Assembly (NCBI GenBank): GCA_029557835.1
Contig: JAKQHW010000060.1
Coordinates: 1-47,402 of the forward strand
Direction: 5' to 3'
Length of the DNA stretch: 47,402 bases
Origin: Candidatus Micrarchaeota archaeon
GTDB taxonomy: Archaea; Micrarchaeota; Micrarchaeia; Anstonellales; Bilamarchaeaceae
Under the pieces are notes generated by a model, which was not told the DNA's origin, did no database searches, and saw nothing but the letters and a program-made list of their open reading frames with translations. This document shows, piece by piece, positions 10,042-19,151 of this stretch; the first letter of the stretch is position 1, and each line of letters begins with the position of its first letter. The translations under genes and the position numbers were made by a program.

Positions 10042-13000
10042 CTACTCCCTGAAAAACCTGCTGGTTTCGGGATAATAAATTTGCACCGGGTACTGGGAAT
10101 AGGTAGACATGATTATTTGCGCGAAATCCGCAATTGGGACCGCATCCCCGGATGCGAATGCTGTGTTGCCGAAGGCTTCGGCAAGCACTTCTCCGCGGTA
10201 ATTGGAGAAGAAACGCGCCGGATGGGCGCGGTATTCCGGGTCCTGTTGTGGCGTATAAAAAAGGTTGAGCATCATTTTCCCGGCCCATTCATCCGGCTTC
10301 TCCAGCACGGCTGCCTGATGTAGCAGGGCCAGCGCAATCCTTGCGAACTCCCTGCTGGAAACTGCCTCGTCCGTGGCATCGACCATGTACCTGGCGCGGA
10401 GGTATGCGTCTGAGATGGGGTCTGGGACATATGCAGTATAATCGGAACGGAACGATGATATGAGGGAATCCAGCTGCCCCTTTGCCGCATCCAAACCGTT
10501 TACGGTGAGAAGATAGTTGGACAATATGAAGAAATCGCCCATCCTCAGGCCATCCCAGGAGATTTCCGGATGGCTGGACATGAAGAGGGTTATGTTGTGG
10601 AGAAGGCCTCCCAACTGTTCCAGGTATTCCCCCGGGTCGGAAATTTCTCTCTGGGAGAGCGCCAGGGAGGCGGCATAGGCCAGGTTGAACCTCTTCTGCT
10701 GGTCCGGGATTAGCGAGCGCAGTCTTTCCGAGAAGGCGGAGTACGCGTCCCCTCCTTCGATGCGCCCGTGAGCGAGGAAAGCGGAATTAACAAGAAGCTC
10801 CATCCTCCGCTCATCCTGCCCTCCAAGGAAGCCCTGGAATTGGTCCTGCAGAAGCGTGTTGACAAACCACTCGTTCGCAGGGTCGGAGGCGAGCACGTCA
10901 AGCATATATCCGTAATTCTGCTGGGCCGCATTTAGTTCGCGGTAATAGGGGATATCATCCCTGGTGCGCATGTATGCGATGCCCCCGACGGCAAGGCCAC
11001 CCAATCCATAAGTTACGAGTTTCCGGCGTGCACGGGAGGCCTCCCTGAAAAGGTCGCGCAGGCTGCGTATTTCCTGGCGGGTGAGGGCCGTTCCCCCCTC
11101 CATCAATGCGGAGCTGGCCCATATGCCGTTTATCTCCTCAGAAAGTTCCCTTGCGAACCGGTCAAACCTCGCCTGGCTCACCCCGGAGGGGCGGTAGGCG
11201 CCAAAGGATGCCGCAACCTCTTCTGCGGACAACCTGGCATCCCCAAGCGCAATCGTGTAAAGCCTCCTGAGGAGCTCTCTTTCTTCCAGATTCATGCCAA
11301 GCTCTTTAGCCATCACGATTGCCCGTTCCCCTGCGCCCGCGGATGCGGCAAAGGCCATTCGCGATGGATTGGAAACTGGGATTTGGAGGGCCTCCGCTGC
11401 GGTCGCATCGAACGGGAGGTTTGCAGGCGGCCTCGGGCCCCTTATTGCGCCCCACGCCGCCCTTCCGCCTGCGATTGCAGCCTCGAAAACTAAGTTGGCC
11501 GCAGGGAACGTGTATGCGTGCTGCGCGTACATCTCGTTCCACCTGCTCCTGAGCGCGTCGAAACCTCCCCCCTCCAACGCGGCCGCGAATTCGTCTGGGC
11601 TGATTATCGGGTCGAGTACGGAGAAGCCTATGTAAAAAGTGCTCAAGCCACGCGCAGAGTAGGGGAACGCCACCCATTCCGCCATCTTTGGCAGCTGCAG
11701 GGTCTGCAGCCCGAACGGGCTTCCCAATCTCACAGTCGTATCTGCAATGGGCTGGGAAAGCCGGATTTGCTGGATTCCGTTTATTCCCCTGATGAACATG
11801 TATGCGCCGGCGCCGTAGACAACCGTGTCCGCTATCGCGCTCAGGATGTCCCCCCTCTGCACGTCCCTGTAAACGCTTAGCCCGGCGCCGACCGTCCCTG
11901 CCCCGAATGCGGATGTGGAGAAGAGGCGGGAAACCATTCCGGTACCCCCTGCCCAGGCCATTCCGCCGCACATCAGGAACTGGGTGCCAAGCCGGATGTC
12001 CTGCTCGGCCCTCTGCCCCGCTATCCCCTCGCCTCCAAAATGGTATATTCCATCCGCAAGGACTATTGATGCGGGGATTGTCGTGAGGGCCGCGGCAGTT
12101 GCGAAACCGCCCCTTGCGAACGCGGATGCGGTCGCGCGGACCCCGGCGCCTCCAAGCCCCACCGCCCCGCCTATCCCGGCAGTCGCTATTGTGGAGAGCA
12201 CGAGGAATTCCGTCCCCCTCTCGTTAAGGAAATGCTTCGAGAACGCATATGCCTTGTCCCAGAAGCCGCCTTCCCTGAAGCGCGTCTGCAGGTCTATGTT
12301 CTCCTGGATTTCAGATGCCTTTTCAAGCATGGAATTGAATGAAGAACTGAACGAGGAGAGATATCGCCTTGAGAAATCGAACATGGTGTCGAAATCTGCG
12401 GTTTGCGGGAAGCCGGCCGCACGCATCCCCCGGGGGCCAGAGAAGAACGCCCTCTTCTCCTCGGCACCGAAATACTGGGTGAGCGCGGGGGTATTGTGCA
12501 CGATCACATCTTCGACCATCTCGGCATATGCGAGCAGCTGCCCGCCCATCTCCCGCAGCTCCCTCTGGTAGCGCTCCATGGTCCCTGGAACGAGGAATTG
12601 GAGCACGTCGCTCCTGTCGCGCCTTCTCGCTTCCGCCCTCACCTCTTCATCTGTGAGGAATCCGGCGTCAGGTTGTATCTCCCTGCGGAATTCCACATAT
12701 TCCCTGTATTCCGCCTCCATCTGGAGGAATTTCGCCTTCGCCACGAAAAGCTGGAGCTGGCCGGAAACGTTGCGGAACTCCCTGAAGAGGGCAATGTCTG
12801 GTTCCGTCATCCCCCCTATCTCGATAGGGAGGCCGGAGGCGGGATGGAACGTGGAGCCGGGCGGGACCCCGAGCAGATATGCCGCCATTTCGTAGCTTAT
12901 ATCCCTTATCCGGCCCAGTATGGAATTGTACGAGCCCATCAGGCTGTGGAAAAGCTGCCTTTCCACTTCCGAGAAAGCGATGTCCTGGGACCATGCCCCG

Positions 13001-13899
13001 GATGGGTTCTCCACCATGTCCAGTGCGCGGCGCAGGCCCGAGCCCCGGGGCGCAGGGTCGAACGATTCGAAAGCATAAGCTATCCGGTGGAGCGCATTGG
13101 AATATTCCCTTTCCGCGGATTCCGCGAGCTGCGCTGTGGAATAAAGGAGCTGGGCCGCATCCGCATTCCCGTGCACAATTGAAGAAAGGGCTGAGAATGC
13201 CGCCGAATGTACCCGTTCGTAATGAGAGGAAAGCTCGTGTATTGTGTCCCCCACCAGCCCGGAATAAAGCATGTCGGAAACATTGAGCGCGTACATCTTT
13301 TTGCCCAGTTCGAATAGCTTGGAATAGACGAAAAGCGCCTGCATCATGGTGTTGGCATCCCTGCTTCCCGCCTCAAGAAGCATGGTGGAGAGCTGTACCC
13401 TCTCCTCTTCCGAGAAGGGGACGAACCAGTTGTTTACCAGCGTCACCATCGAGGGGTCGTTTGAATCGCGGATTATCGAATAGTGGGGAACGTGCCCAGG
13501 CCCTTGTGGCGCAAGCGATTCTATGAATTGGGTTAGGGTTTCGTTCTTGTATGCGTCGTCCGGAGGCACAAAAACCGCCATGAACTGGAGCCTGCCGGAA
13601 GTGAACATGTCTACATATTCCTCATCTATCCTCTCAGCTCGCGTTTCCCCTTCAGGGATAGACGCAAGGGTCGTTATGAATGCGTTGAAAAGCCCCTCAT
13701 CGGCGCTTATCCCCGCCGGGACTGTCCCGGGCATGAGCGCATACCTGTGCACCTCAAGCGCATTGCGGAGCGCCTGCTCTGCATCCGCGGGTATAGGGCT
13801 CCTGGCATCGACAACCCGGGGCTGCCCCTGTTCGAGCGAAACAGGGATGGTTTCCGGAACGGCGTTGTCTTCCCGCCTTGCCGTGCGCTGCGACTGCAT
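10042..13899 (-). CDS. giant hypothetical protein (1285 aa), central Gly-rich multi-helix hydrophobic region
   Basis: Uninterrupted 3.9-kb ORF with no recognisable motif. The central region LVLSTIATAGIGGAVGLGGAG...FLMCGGMAWAGGTGMV...VVYGAGAYMFIRG looks membrane-inserting. Confidence 0.75.
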   Translation of the reverse strand: MQSQRTARREDNAVPETIPVSLEQGQPRVVDARSPIPADAEQALRNALEVHRYALMPGTVPAGISADEGLFNAFITTLASIPEGETRAERIDEEYVDMFTSGRLQFMAVFVPPDDAYKNETLTQFIESLAPQGPGHVPHYSIIRDSNDPSMVTLVNNWFVPFSEEERVQLSTMLLEAGSRDANTMMQALFVYSKLFELGKKMYALNVSDMLYSGLVGDTIHELSSHYERVHSAAFSALSSIVHGNADAAQLLYSTAQLAESAEREYSNALHRIAYAFESFDPAPRGSGLRRALDMVENPSGAWSQDIAFSEVERQLFHSLMGSYNSILGRIRDISYEMAAYLLGVPPGSTFHPASGLPIEIGGMTEPDIALFREFRNVSGQLQLFVAKAKFLQMEAEYREYVEFRREIQPDAGFLTDEEVRAEARRRDRSDVLQFLVPGTMERYQRELREMGGQLLAYAEMVEDVIVHNTPALTQYFGAEEKRAFFSGPRGMRAAGFPQTADFDTMFDFSRRYLSSFSSSFNSMLEKASEIQENIDLQTRFREGGFWDKAYAFSKHFLNERGTEFLVLSTIATAGIGGAVGLGGAGVRATASAFARGGFATAAALTTIPASIVLADGIYHFGGEGIAGQRAEQDIRLGTQFLMCGGMAWAGGTGMVSRLFSTSAFGAGTVGAGLSVYRDVQRGDILSAIADTVVYGAGAYMFIRGINGIQQIRLSQPIADTTVRLGSPFGLQTLQLPKMAEWVAFPYSARGLSTFYIGFSVLDPIISPDEFAAALEGGGFDALRSRWNEMYAQHAYTFPAANLVFEAAIAGGRAAWGAIRGPRPPANLPFDATAAEALQIPVSNPSRMAFAASAGAGERAIVMAKELGMNLEERELLRRLYTIALGDARLSAEEVAASFGAYRPSGVSQARFDRFARELSEEINGIWASSALMEGGTALTRQEIRSLRDLFREASRARRKLVTYGLGGLAVGGIAYMRTRDDIPYYRELNAAQQNYGYMLDVLASDPANEWFVNTLLQDQFQGFLGGQDERRMELLVNSAFLAHGRIEGGDAYSAFSERLRSLIPDQQKRFNLAYAASLALSQREISDPGEYLEQLGGLLHNITLFMSSHPEISWDGLRMGDFFILSNYLLTVNGLDAAKGQLDSLISSFRSDYTAYVPDPISDAYLRARYMVDATDEAVSSREFARIALALLHQAAVLEKPDEWAGKMMLNLFYTPQQDPEYRAHPARFFSNYRGEVLAEAFGNTAFASGDAVPIADFAQIIMSTYSQYPVQIYYPETSRFFRE

Positions 13900-14019
13900 C
13901 GATGCACCACTATAACTTGCGTTTTTTACATTTATAAACCTATATGGGTTTTGCGCCGGATTCCCCCATGATTAAAAACCGTTTGTATATTAACAACCAT
14001 TAGCCATCAGGTGTTCCGC

Positions 14020-15114
14020 ATGGGAAAGATAAAGGTTGGGATAATAGGGGTCGGGAACTGCTTTTCGGGATTGGCGCAGGGGATTGAATACTACAAGAGG
14101 AACCCGAAGAGGGAAGTGACCGGGATAATGCACGAGAGGATAGGCGGCTATTCAATCCACGACATAGAGTTTGTGTGCGGCTTTGATGTCGCGGAAAACA
14201 AGGTGGGCAAGCCGCTCGCTGAGGCGATTTATGCCTCGCCGAACGAGGTGCGCTGGGTGGACTCGGTCTCAAACTGCCCGGGAAATGTCCTGGAATCCCC
14301 TGTGCTGGACGGGATAGGGATATATATGCAGAACAGGATTGTGCCCGTGAAATCCACAAAAACCGGGGAACAGCTGAAGAAGGAGGCGGTTGCGGAGATA
14401 AAAAGGAGCGGGGCGCGCATACTCCTGAACTACCTGCCCGTGGGTTCGCAGAAGGCGACGGAGTTCTGGGCGGATGTTGCGCTGGAGGCCGGATGCGCGT
14501 TCGTGAACAACATGCCTGTGTTCATAGCGAGCGACAAGGGATGGGCGAGGAAATTCGCTGAGAGGAAACTGCCGGTGGTGGGCGACGACATAAAGTCCCA
14601 GCTCGGCTCCACGATTGTGCACAGGGTGATGGCCAAATTATGCGTGGACCGCGGGGTGGAGATAGACAAAACGTACCAGATAAACGTGGGCGGGAACACG
14701 GACTTCATCACGATGCTGGAACGCGACAGGCTGGAGAGCAAGAAAATCTCTAAGACGGAGGCCGTGCAGAGCCAATTGAAAAAAAGGCTGCCGGACGACA
14801 GGATTTACGTGGGGCCCTCGGACTTCATCCCGTTCCTGGGGAACACGAAACTGGCGTTCATAAGGCTGGAGGGGAAGATGTTCGCGGACGTGCCTTACAA
14901 TCTGGAGATGAGGCTGGAGGTGGACGACAAGGCCAACAGCGGCGGGACGACAATTGAAGCGATAAGGTGCTGCCAGCTCGCGCTGGACCGCGGGCTGGGG
15001 GGAGAGATAAACTCCGCAAGCGCGTACCTTATGAAGCACCCGCCGGTCCAATATGGGGATTCGGAGGCCAGGGATGCCATTAATGCGTTCATAGAGGGGA
15101 AAAGGAAGGATTAG
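14020..15114 (+). CDS. myo-inositol-1-phosphate synthase (Ino1 type)
   Basis: VGIIGVGNCFSGLAQGIEYY, GDDIKSQLGSTIVHRV and NVGGNTDFITMLERDRLESKKISKT closely match the bacterial/archaeal Ino1 family. The track ORF starts at GTG 14011; I prefer ATG 14020. Confidence 0.9.
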   Translation: MGKIKVGIIGVGNCFSGLAQGIEYYKRNPKREVTGIMHERIGGYSIHDIEFVCGFDVAENKVGKPLAEAIYASPNEVRWVDSVSNCPGNVLESPVLDGIGIYMQNRIVPVKSTKTGEQLKKEAVAEIKRSGARILLNYLPVGSQKATEFWADVALEAGCAFVNNMPVFIASDKGWARKFAERKLPVVGDDIKSQLGSTIVHRVMAKLCVDRGVEIDKTYQINVGGNTDFITMLERDRLESKKISKTEAVQSQLKKRLPDDRIYVGPSDFIPFLGNTKLAFIRLEGKMFADVPYNLEMRLEVDDKANSGGTTIEAIRCCQLALDRGLGGEINSASAYLMKHPPVQYGDSEARDAINAFIEGKRKD

Positions 15115-15711
15115 ATGCTGAAATCGGGCGGGATGGCCGGGGGGGTCTCATCCTCCCTGGGAAAATATTTGGGATGGGTCCCGCTCAGCCCAAACCAGAT
15201 TACCGTGCTCGCAGTCCTGTGCGCAATCGCAGGGTTCGGGCTTTTCTATTTGGGTGAATATTGGCTCGGGCTTGCGGCCTTTGCGCTCGCTTTCCTTTTG
15301 GATGCGGTGGACGGCGCGGTCGCGCGTGCGCGCGGGGAAACAAGCAAAATGGGGGGATTTTTGGACGGGGTCTCCGACAGGCTGGTGGAGTTCTTTTTGC
15401 TCATCTCCTTGTTGTTCGTGCCTTTGGGGATGCCGTACGCGCCTGATGCGTTCTGGATAATCCTTGTATTGTTCTTCGGGACTTGCATGGCCGCGTTCGT
15501 GAAGGCGTACGCGGCATACCAGGGGGCGCTCACCAGGGAAGAGGCGGATAAAATGCCGGGAATATTGGAAAGGGGGGAAAGGGGGGCGTTCCTGATGCTC
15601 TTCGTTTTCCTTGTGCTCTATGGATTCGCATACGCATGGGTTTTGTTTGCGGCAATCGCCCTGCTCTCAATCCTTACCTTCCTGCAGAGGCTTCGGTTCG
15701 TGGTCAAATAG
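15115..15711 (+). CDS. CDP-alcohol phosphatidyltransferase, probable archaetidylinositol-phosphate synthase
   Basis: The DAVDGAVARARGETSKMGGFLDGVSDRLVE segment fits the D-G-x2-A-R-x8-G-x3-D-x3-D signature. The protein is multi-TM and abuts the inositol-phosphate synthase gene. Confidence 0.8.
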   Translation: MLKSGGMAGGVSSSLGKYLGWVPLSPNQITVLAVLCAIAGFGLFYLGEYWLGLAAFALAFLLDAVDGAVARARGETSKMGGFLDGVSDRLVEFFLLISLLFVPLGMPYAPDAFWIILVLFFGTCMAAFVKAYAAYQGALTREEADKMPGILERGERGAFLMLFVFLVLYGFAYAWVLFAAIALLSILTFLQRLRFVVK

Positions 15712-16329
15712 CTTCCTCTGCTTGACGGTTTCAAGGGTTTTCCATTTCTCCCTTATGTAAGGGCGGAGGAGCGCAAGCGAGCGCTTGTCCTTGAGCGCCG
15801 CGCGCGTCTTGGGGTCCCCCGGGTATCCGCTCCCGAAATCCATGGTGGAGGACTTTATCTCCTCTATCCTCCTGTCCCTTTCCACCTTGGCGCAGATTGA
15901 GGCGGCGGCCACTATAGGGTGCTTCTCGTCCGCCTTGTGCTCGGCCTCGAACCGCTTCACGCCGAACTTCTCCATCCTTTTCCTGAAGGTCCAGGCGTAC
16001 CTGTCCGGCATGTCTATCATCACGTCGCATTCCCCGGCTTTTTTTATCAGGTCGGCCATCGCCTTCGCCTCGATGTCGTTCAGGGACATCCTCCCCATCA
16101 GGGAATTGAGGTCGGACGCGGAAAGCTCGGTGAGCCGGAACGTGCAGAACTTCTTCAGCTCGGAAAGGATTTCCGCGCGCTGGGAGGGGGTGAGCTGCTT
16201 GGAGTCCCTGGAAGCGAACTTCTTCAGGAGCCGGGAGTCCTCCCTTTTGCACATCGCACAGCAGATCATGAGGGGGCCGAGGACCGGGCCGCGCCCCGCC
16301 TCATCAATGCCCGCTATCATCCCTCCCAT
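15667..16329 (-). CDS. rnhB: ribonuclease HII
   Basis: IAGIDEAGRGPVLGPL N-terminal motif and typical length. The 3' end overlaps the convergent gene by 45 nt. Confidence 0.9.
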   Translation of the reverse strand: MGGMIAGIDEAGRGPVLGPLMICCAMCKREDSRLLKKFASRDSKQLTPSQRAEILSELKKFCTFRLTELSASDLNSLMGRMSLNDIEAKAMADLIKKAGECDVMIDMPDRYAWTFRKRMEKFGVKRFEAEHKADEKHPIVAAASICAKVERDRRIEEIKSSTMDFGSGYPGDPKTRAALKDKRSLALLRPYIREKWKTLETVKQRKLFDHEPKPLQEGKD

Positions 16330-16423
16330 GGGTTAGGATTGCCTCCGAAGGTTTATAGAATTTGGCGTTGCCCCGGCTGGGGGATGGAAAACAACCAAAA
16401 GCAGGAAGATGGAGACAAAATGC

Positions 16424-16690
16424 TCAGGATTGGCCGCCGCCCAGCGTCCTCTTCTCGACGATTATGAAGTCGCCGACCGCAAGGACGGAGTCGTACGGGC
16501 AGAGTATGAAGCCCTCCTCGTCCTTCATGGACTCCAGGTTCGCCTTGTCCGGGTTCGGGTCCACGACAAGCTCCTCGACCTTGCCGGTTATCTCGTTGAT
16601 GTTCATGTCAACAAGCTTCCCAAACTCCTCGCCCTCGTTGGTGATCACTTTTTTTCCCGTGAGCTGCCTTGCCAGGCTGTATTTTGCCAT
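16424..16690 (-). CDS. PRC-barrel domain protein
   Basis: 88 aa. GKKVITNEGEEFGKLVDMNINEITGKVEELVV is typical of small archaeal PRC-barrel proteins. Confidence 0.75.
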   Translation of the reverse strand: MAKYSLARQLTGKKVITNEGEEFGKLVDMNINEITGKVEELVVDPNPDKANLESMKDEEGFILCPYDSVLAVGDFIIVEKRTLGGGQS

Positions 16691-16751
16691 TTGAACACCT
16701 GCTTGCTTGTTTATAGTTTAAACATTTAAAAAACTACGCATGCGCGCCGCA

Positions 16752-17948
16752 TCAGGGATTGAGCCATTCTATCTCGAAATACTCGTACCTGCTCCCCGGG
16801 AGGGAGATGCGGCGCACAAGGTAGTATGTGACAGATGTTTCGCGGTCCGAGATTGCGACCACGAGCTCGAGCCCCCTTTCCGCGCATTCGGAGAGCGCCT
16901 GTGCGAGCTCGACGCCCCCCAGGTACTCGTCCTCGGTGAGCGCGAGGGAGAGGAAGGACGGCTCCCCGTCGCGGGGGCTCTCGGGCGCCTGGCCCCTGCG
17001 ATGGTAGAGGGCGAAGTCGCACACCCTCCCCGGCCTCGCGCCTTTCCCCGGCACCGCGAGTATGAACGTCTTCTTCACGGAATGCGCCAGGCGGATCGCG
17101 CGGGCCCATTCGGAGATGAGGAGCTTGCTCCTGCGCGGGAAGACATGGAGCACGTGCCTCGAATGCGTCCATTCCGCGCCCTTTGCCGGGGAGGCGCCGG
17201 GGAAATAGACGCGGAAATGCGAGCCGAACTTGAAGCCGGTCTTGACCACGAACCCTTTCTCCCTCCAGTCGGAATAGACTTCGTACATCTCCCTGAAGTA
17301 GCGGATGCGCCCCTCCGCATGGGAGAGGATTTTGGATGCGGGCGTGCCGCAGGAGAGTATGCCCTTGCCCATCAGGAAGAGCGTCTCGAAGGCGTCAAGC
17401 TTGGATATCGTCCCCTTGTGTGCGGCCTTGTATGTCCCGTATTGCCCGAACCACCCCTGTTCGTACAGCTTTTTCCCCTCGGGGGAGTCCACCGTGGTCA
17501 GCATATCCTCCGGGAAAAAGCAGCCCTCGGCCTCCGCCTGGGGAAGGTTCGGGCGCTGGGAAGGGTATTCCGCCCGGGCGCCCCTTGAGTATGTGCCGAG
17601 TATGGATTTGGAATCGGACAGGAAAAGCCCCCTGTCCCTCCAGTCCTTGAAAACAAGGTAGCGGGCGAGCAGCTTCGGCCTGCGGAGCCTGGAGGCGAGC
17701 CGGTTGAAGGTTACGGGCCTGCCCTTGGAATCCTTGCAGGATGCGCCCCTGCTGTCCATCAGGTACAGGGCCTCCTCGGGGGAGAGGAACACCTTCCCCT
17801 GCCTGTGGGTGCCGAACTGGCCCCTTGCCAGGAGGCCCACCGTTTCAGCGCCCCCTGCATAAACCTCCTTTCCGTTGAATGCGAGTTCCACGCGGACTAT
17901 TCCACCGGGGAGGTATAAAATGCTTGCTGCGGATGTGTGCGCATGCAT
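16752..17948 (-). CDS. endA: tRNA-splicing endonuclease, multi-unit (three-unit-like) form
   Basis: The catalytic unit GFKFGSHFRVYFPG...HSRHVLHVFP...AHSVKKTFILAV carries the Tyr/His/Lys triad. A degenerate unit precedes it (YLVFKDWRDRGLFLS). An extra C-terminal unit follows (ELVVAISDRETSVTYYLVRRISL). I trimmed the start to ATG 17948, because the track ORF extends to 18212 across the divergent gene. Confidence 0.85.
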   Translation of the reverse strand: MHAHTSAASILYLPGGIVRVELAFNGKEVYAGGAETVGLLARGQFGTHRQGKVFLSPEEALYLMDSRGASCKDSKGRPVTFNRLASRLRRPKLLARYLVFKDWRDRGLFLSDSKSILGTYSRGARAEYPSQRPNLPQAEAEGCFFPEDMLTTVDSPEGKKLYEQGWFGQYGTYKAAHKGTISKLDAFETLFLMGKGILSCGTPASKILSHAEGRIRYFREMYEVYSDWREKGFVVKTGFKFGSHFRVYFPGASPAKGAEWTHSRHVLHVFPRRSKLLISEWARAIRLAHSVKKTFILAVPGKGARPGRVCDFALYHRRGQAPESPRDGEPSFLSLALTEDEYLGGVELAQALSECAERGLELVVAISDRETSVTYYLVRRISLPGSRYEYFEIEWLNP

Positions 17949-18338
17949 AGCGAGAAGGCGCCGGACGTGCAGGTGATGCTCGACGACGTGCTGGCGCGCA
18001 CCGGGCTGGGGCACGTGGTGTCCCCGCGCATAATCTGCATGAGGAGCCGCGGGGCGAAGGCGAGGGCGTATGCGAGGATATGGAGCCTCCCCGCGATATG
18101 GAGGGAGGCGCTGGAAATCAACCCGTTCTATGTGATTGAGGTTTTGGGCGAGAACTACGACCCGCTGCCCGAGGAAAAGAAGAGGAAGGTGCTCATCCAC
18201 GAGCTGCTGCACATACCTAAAAAATTCTCAGGCGGGCTTGTGCCGCACACCCACCCCGGGGGAAGGATAGACGCGAAGGCTGTGGAGAAGGTATACCGGG
18301 AATATCTGCAGAACAGGTCAAAGGAACCGTATGAGTAG
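17937..18338 (+). CDS. putative zinc metallopeptidase (HExxH)
   Basis: 133 aa with VLIHELLHIP (HExxH) in a small SprT/DUF45-like layout. The start is GTG 17937 or ATG 17943. Confidence 0.6.
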   Translation: MRMHSEKAPDVQVMLDDVLARTGLGHVVSPRIICMRSRGAKARAYARIWSLPAIWREALEINPFYVIEVLGENYDPLPEEKKRKVLIHELLHIPKKFSGGLVPHTHPGGRIDAKAVEKVYREYLQNRSKEPYE

Positions 18339-18659
18339 CCCGAGGGGGCTTGCGGTTGCGGGCGTGGGCTCGGCGCGCCTCCCCCCTTCCGGAAGCGGCT
18401 GGGGAGGCTTTAATTCCTCGACCACAACCTTCCCCCCGACTCCGGAAAGCAGTTCACTCACCGCGTCCCGGTATGTGGATTTCCCGGTGGATGCGAGGGC
18501 CAGTTCCAGCGCCGGCTCAATCCCCCTGAAATGCAGCTTTATCCAGGTGCGCCTGTGGTTTATGCCGTAGCCGTGGAGCCCGCTGCGGGTGAGCAGGGTG
18601 GCCCCGTGGAGCATGGAAAGCCGCCTCTCCGCCATGTGCGCCGGATGGAAGGAACCCAT
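18318..18659 (-). CDS. hypothetical protein
   Basis: 113-aa ORF co-oriented with its neighbours. No motif recognised and the C-terminus is Pro-rich. Its coding status is uncertain. Confidence 0.35.
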   Translation of the reverse strand: MGSFHPAHMAERRLSMLHGATLLTRSGLHGYGINHRRTWIKLHFRGIEPALELALASTGKSTYRDAVSELLSGVGGKVVVEELKPPQPLPEGGRRAEPTPATASPLGLLIRFL

Positions 18660-18695
18660 GCAAAAGGATTGTTGCGGAGATGTTTTAACGCTATT

Positions 18696-19151
18696 CTAAT
18701 CGAAATTTACGCGCATCGCCTTCACGAACTCTATTTTCTCCCCAACGAATGCGTAAATCAATTCCTTGCGCATCTTTCCGGCGATTTTCAGGTCTGCGCG
18801 GATATCCGGGATGCCGGATTTGCGCAGGGCGCGGATCAGGTAGAGGGTGCGGTCTTCCCCGACCCTTATCCCTTTCTTGTAGACGCGCAGGAAATTTGCG
18901 TCCCCAGAGGCGCGCACGATGAAGCCTGCGCTGCGCAGGTGCTTCAGGACCAGGTATTTCTCCGGGGCCAGGGGGTCGGACTTTTCCGCGAGGGAGAGGA
19001 ATTCCTCCGCGCTGCCCTCTATTTCCCCCTTTTCCGCGAAATATGCGGCCTCGAGGTGGGAAAGGAATGCCTTTCCGCCTTCCTCAGCCGCGCCGAGGAG
19101 GATGAGGCGCCGGGCCTTCCCCGGCTCGCTAATAAGCAGGCCTTCCTTCAC
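18696..19151 (-). CDS. EndA-like (tRNA-splicing endonuclease fold) protein lacking the catalytic His
   Basis: FLSHLEAAYFAEKGEIE resembles the EndA N-domain. YLVLKHLRSAGFIVRASGDANFLRVYKKG and AGKMRKELIYAFV resemble the EndA catalytic-domain motifs. The His position instead reads DRTLYLIR. Confidence 0.5.
   Translation of the reverse strand: MKEGLLISEPGKARRLILLGAAEEGGKAFLSHLEAAYFAEKGEIEGSAEEFLSLAEKSDPLAPEKYLVLKHLRSAGFIVRASGDANFLRVYKKGIRVGEDRTLYLIRALRKSGIPDIRADLKIAGKMRKELIYAFVGEKIEFVKAMRVNFD

Noticed and set aside
15667-15711. 45-nt convergent overlap of the phosphatidyltransferase and RNase HII 3' ends as a regulatory feature
   Set aside because: Overlapping 3' ends are common in compact genomes. 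The extra RNase HII C-terminal residues may simply be a non-conserved tail.
17949-18212. N-terminal 88-residue extension of the EndA ORF
   Set aside because: It is His/Arg/Pro-rich with no EndA similarity, and it lies antisense to the HExxH metallopeptidase gene. I trimmed the start to ATG 17948.
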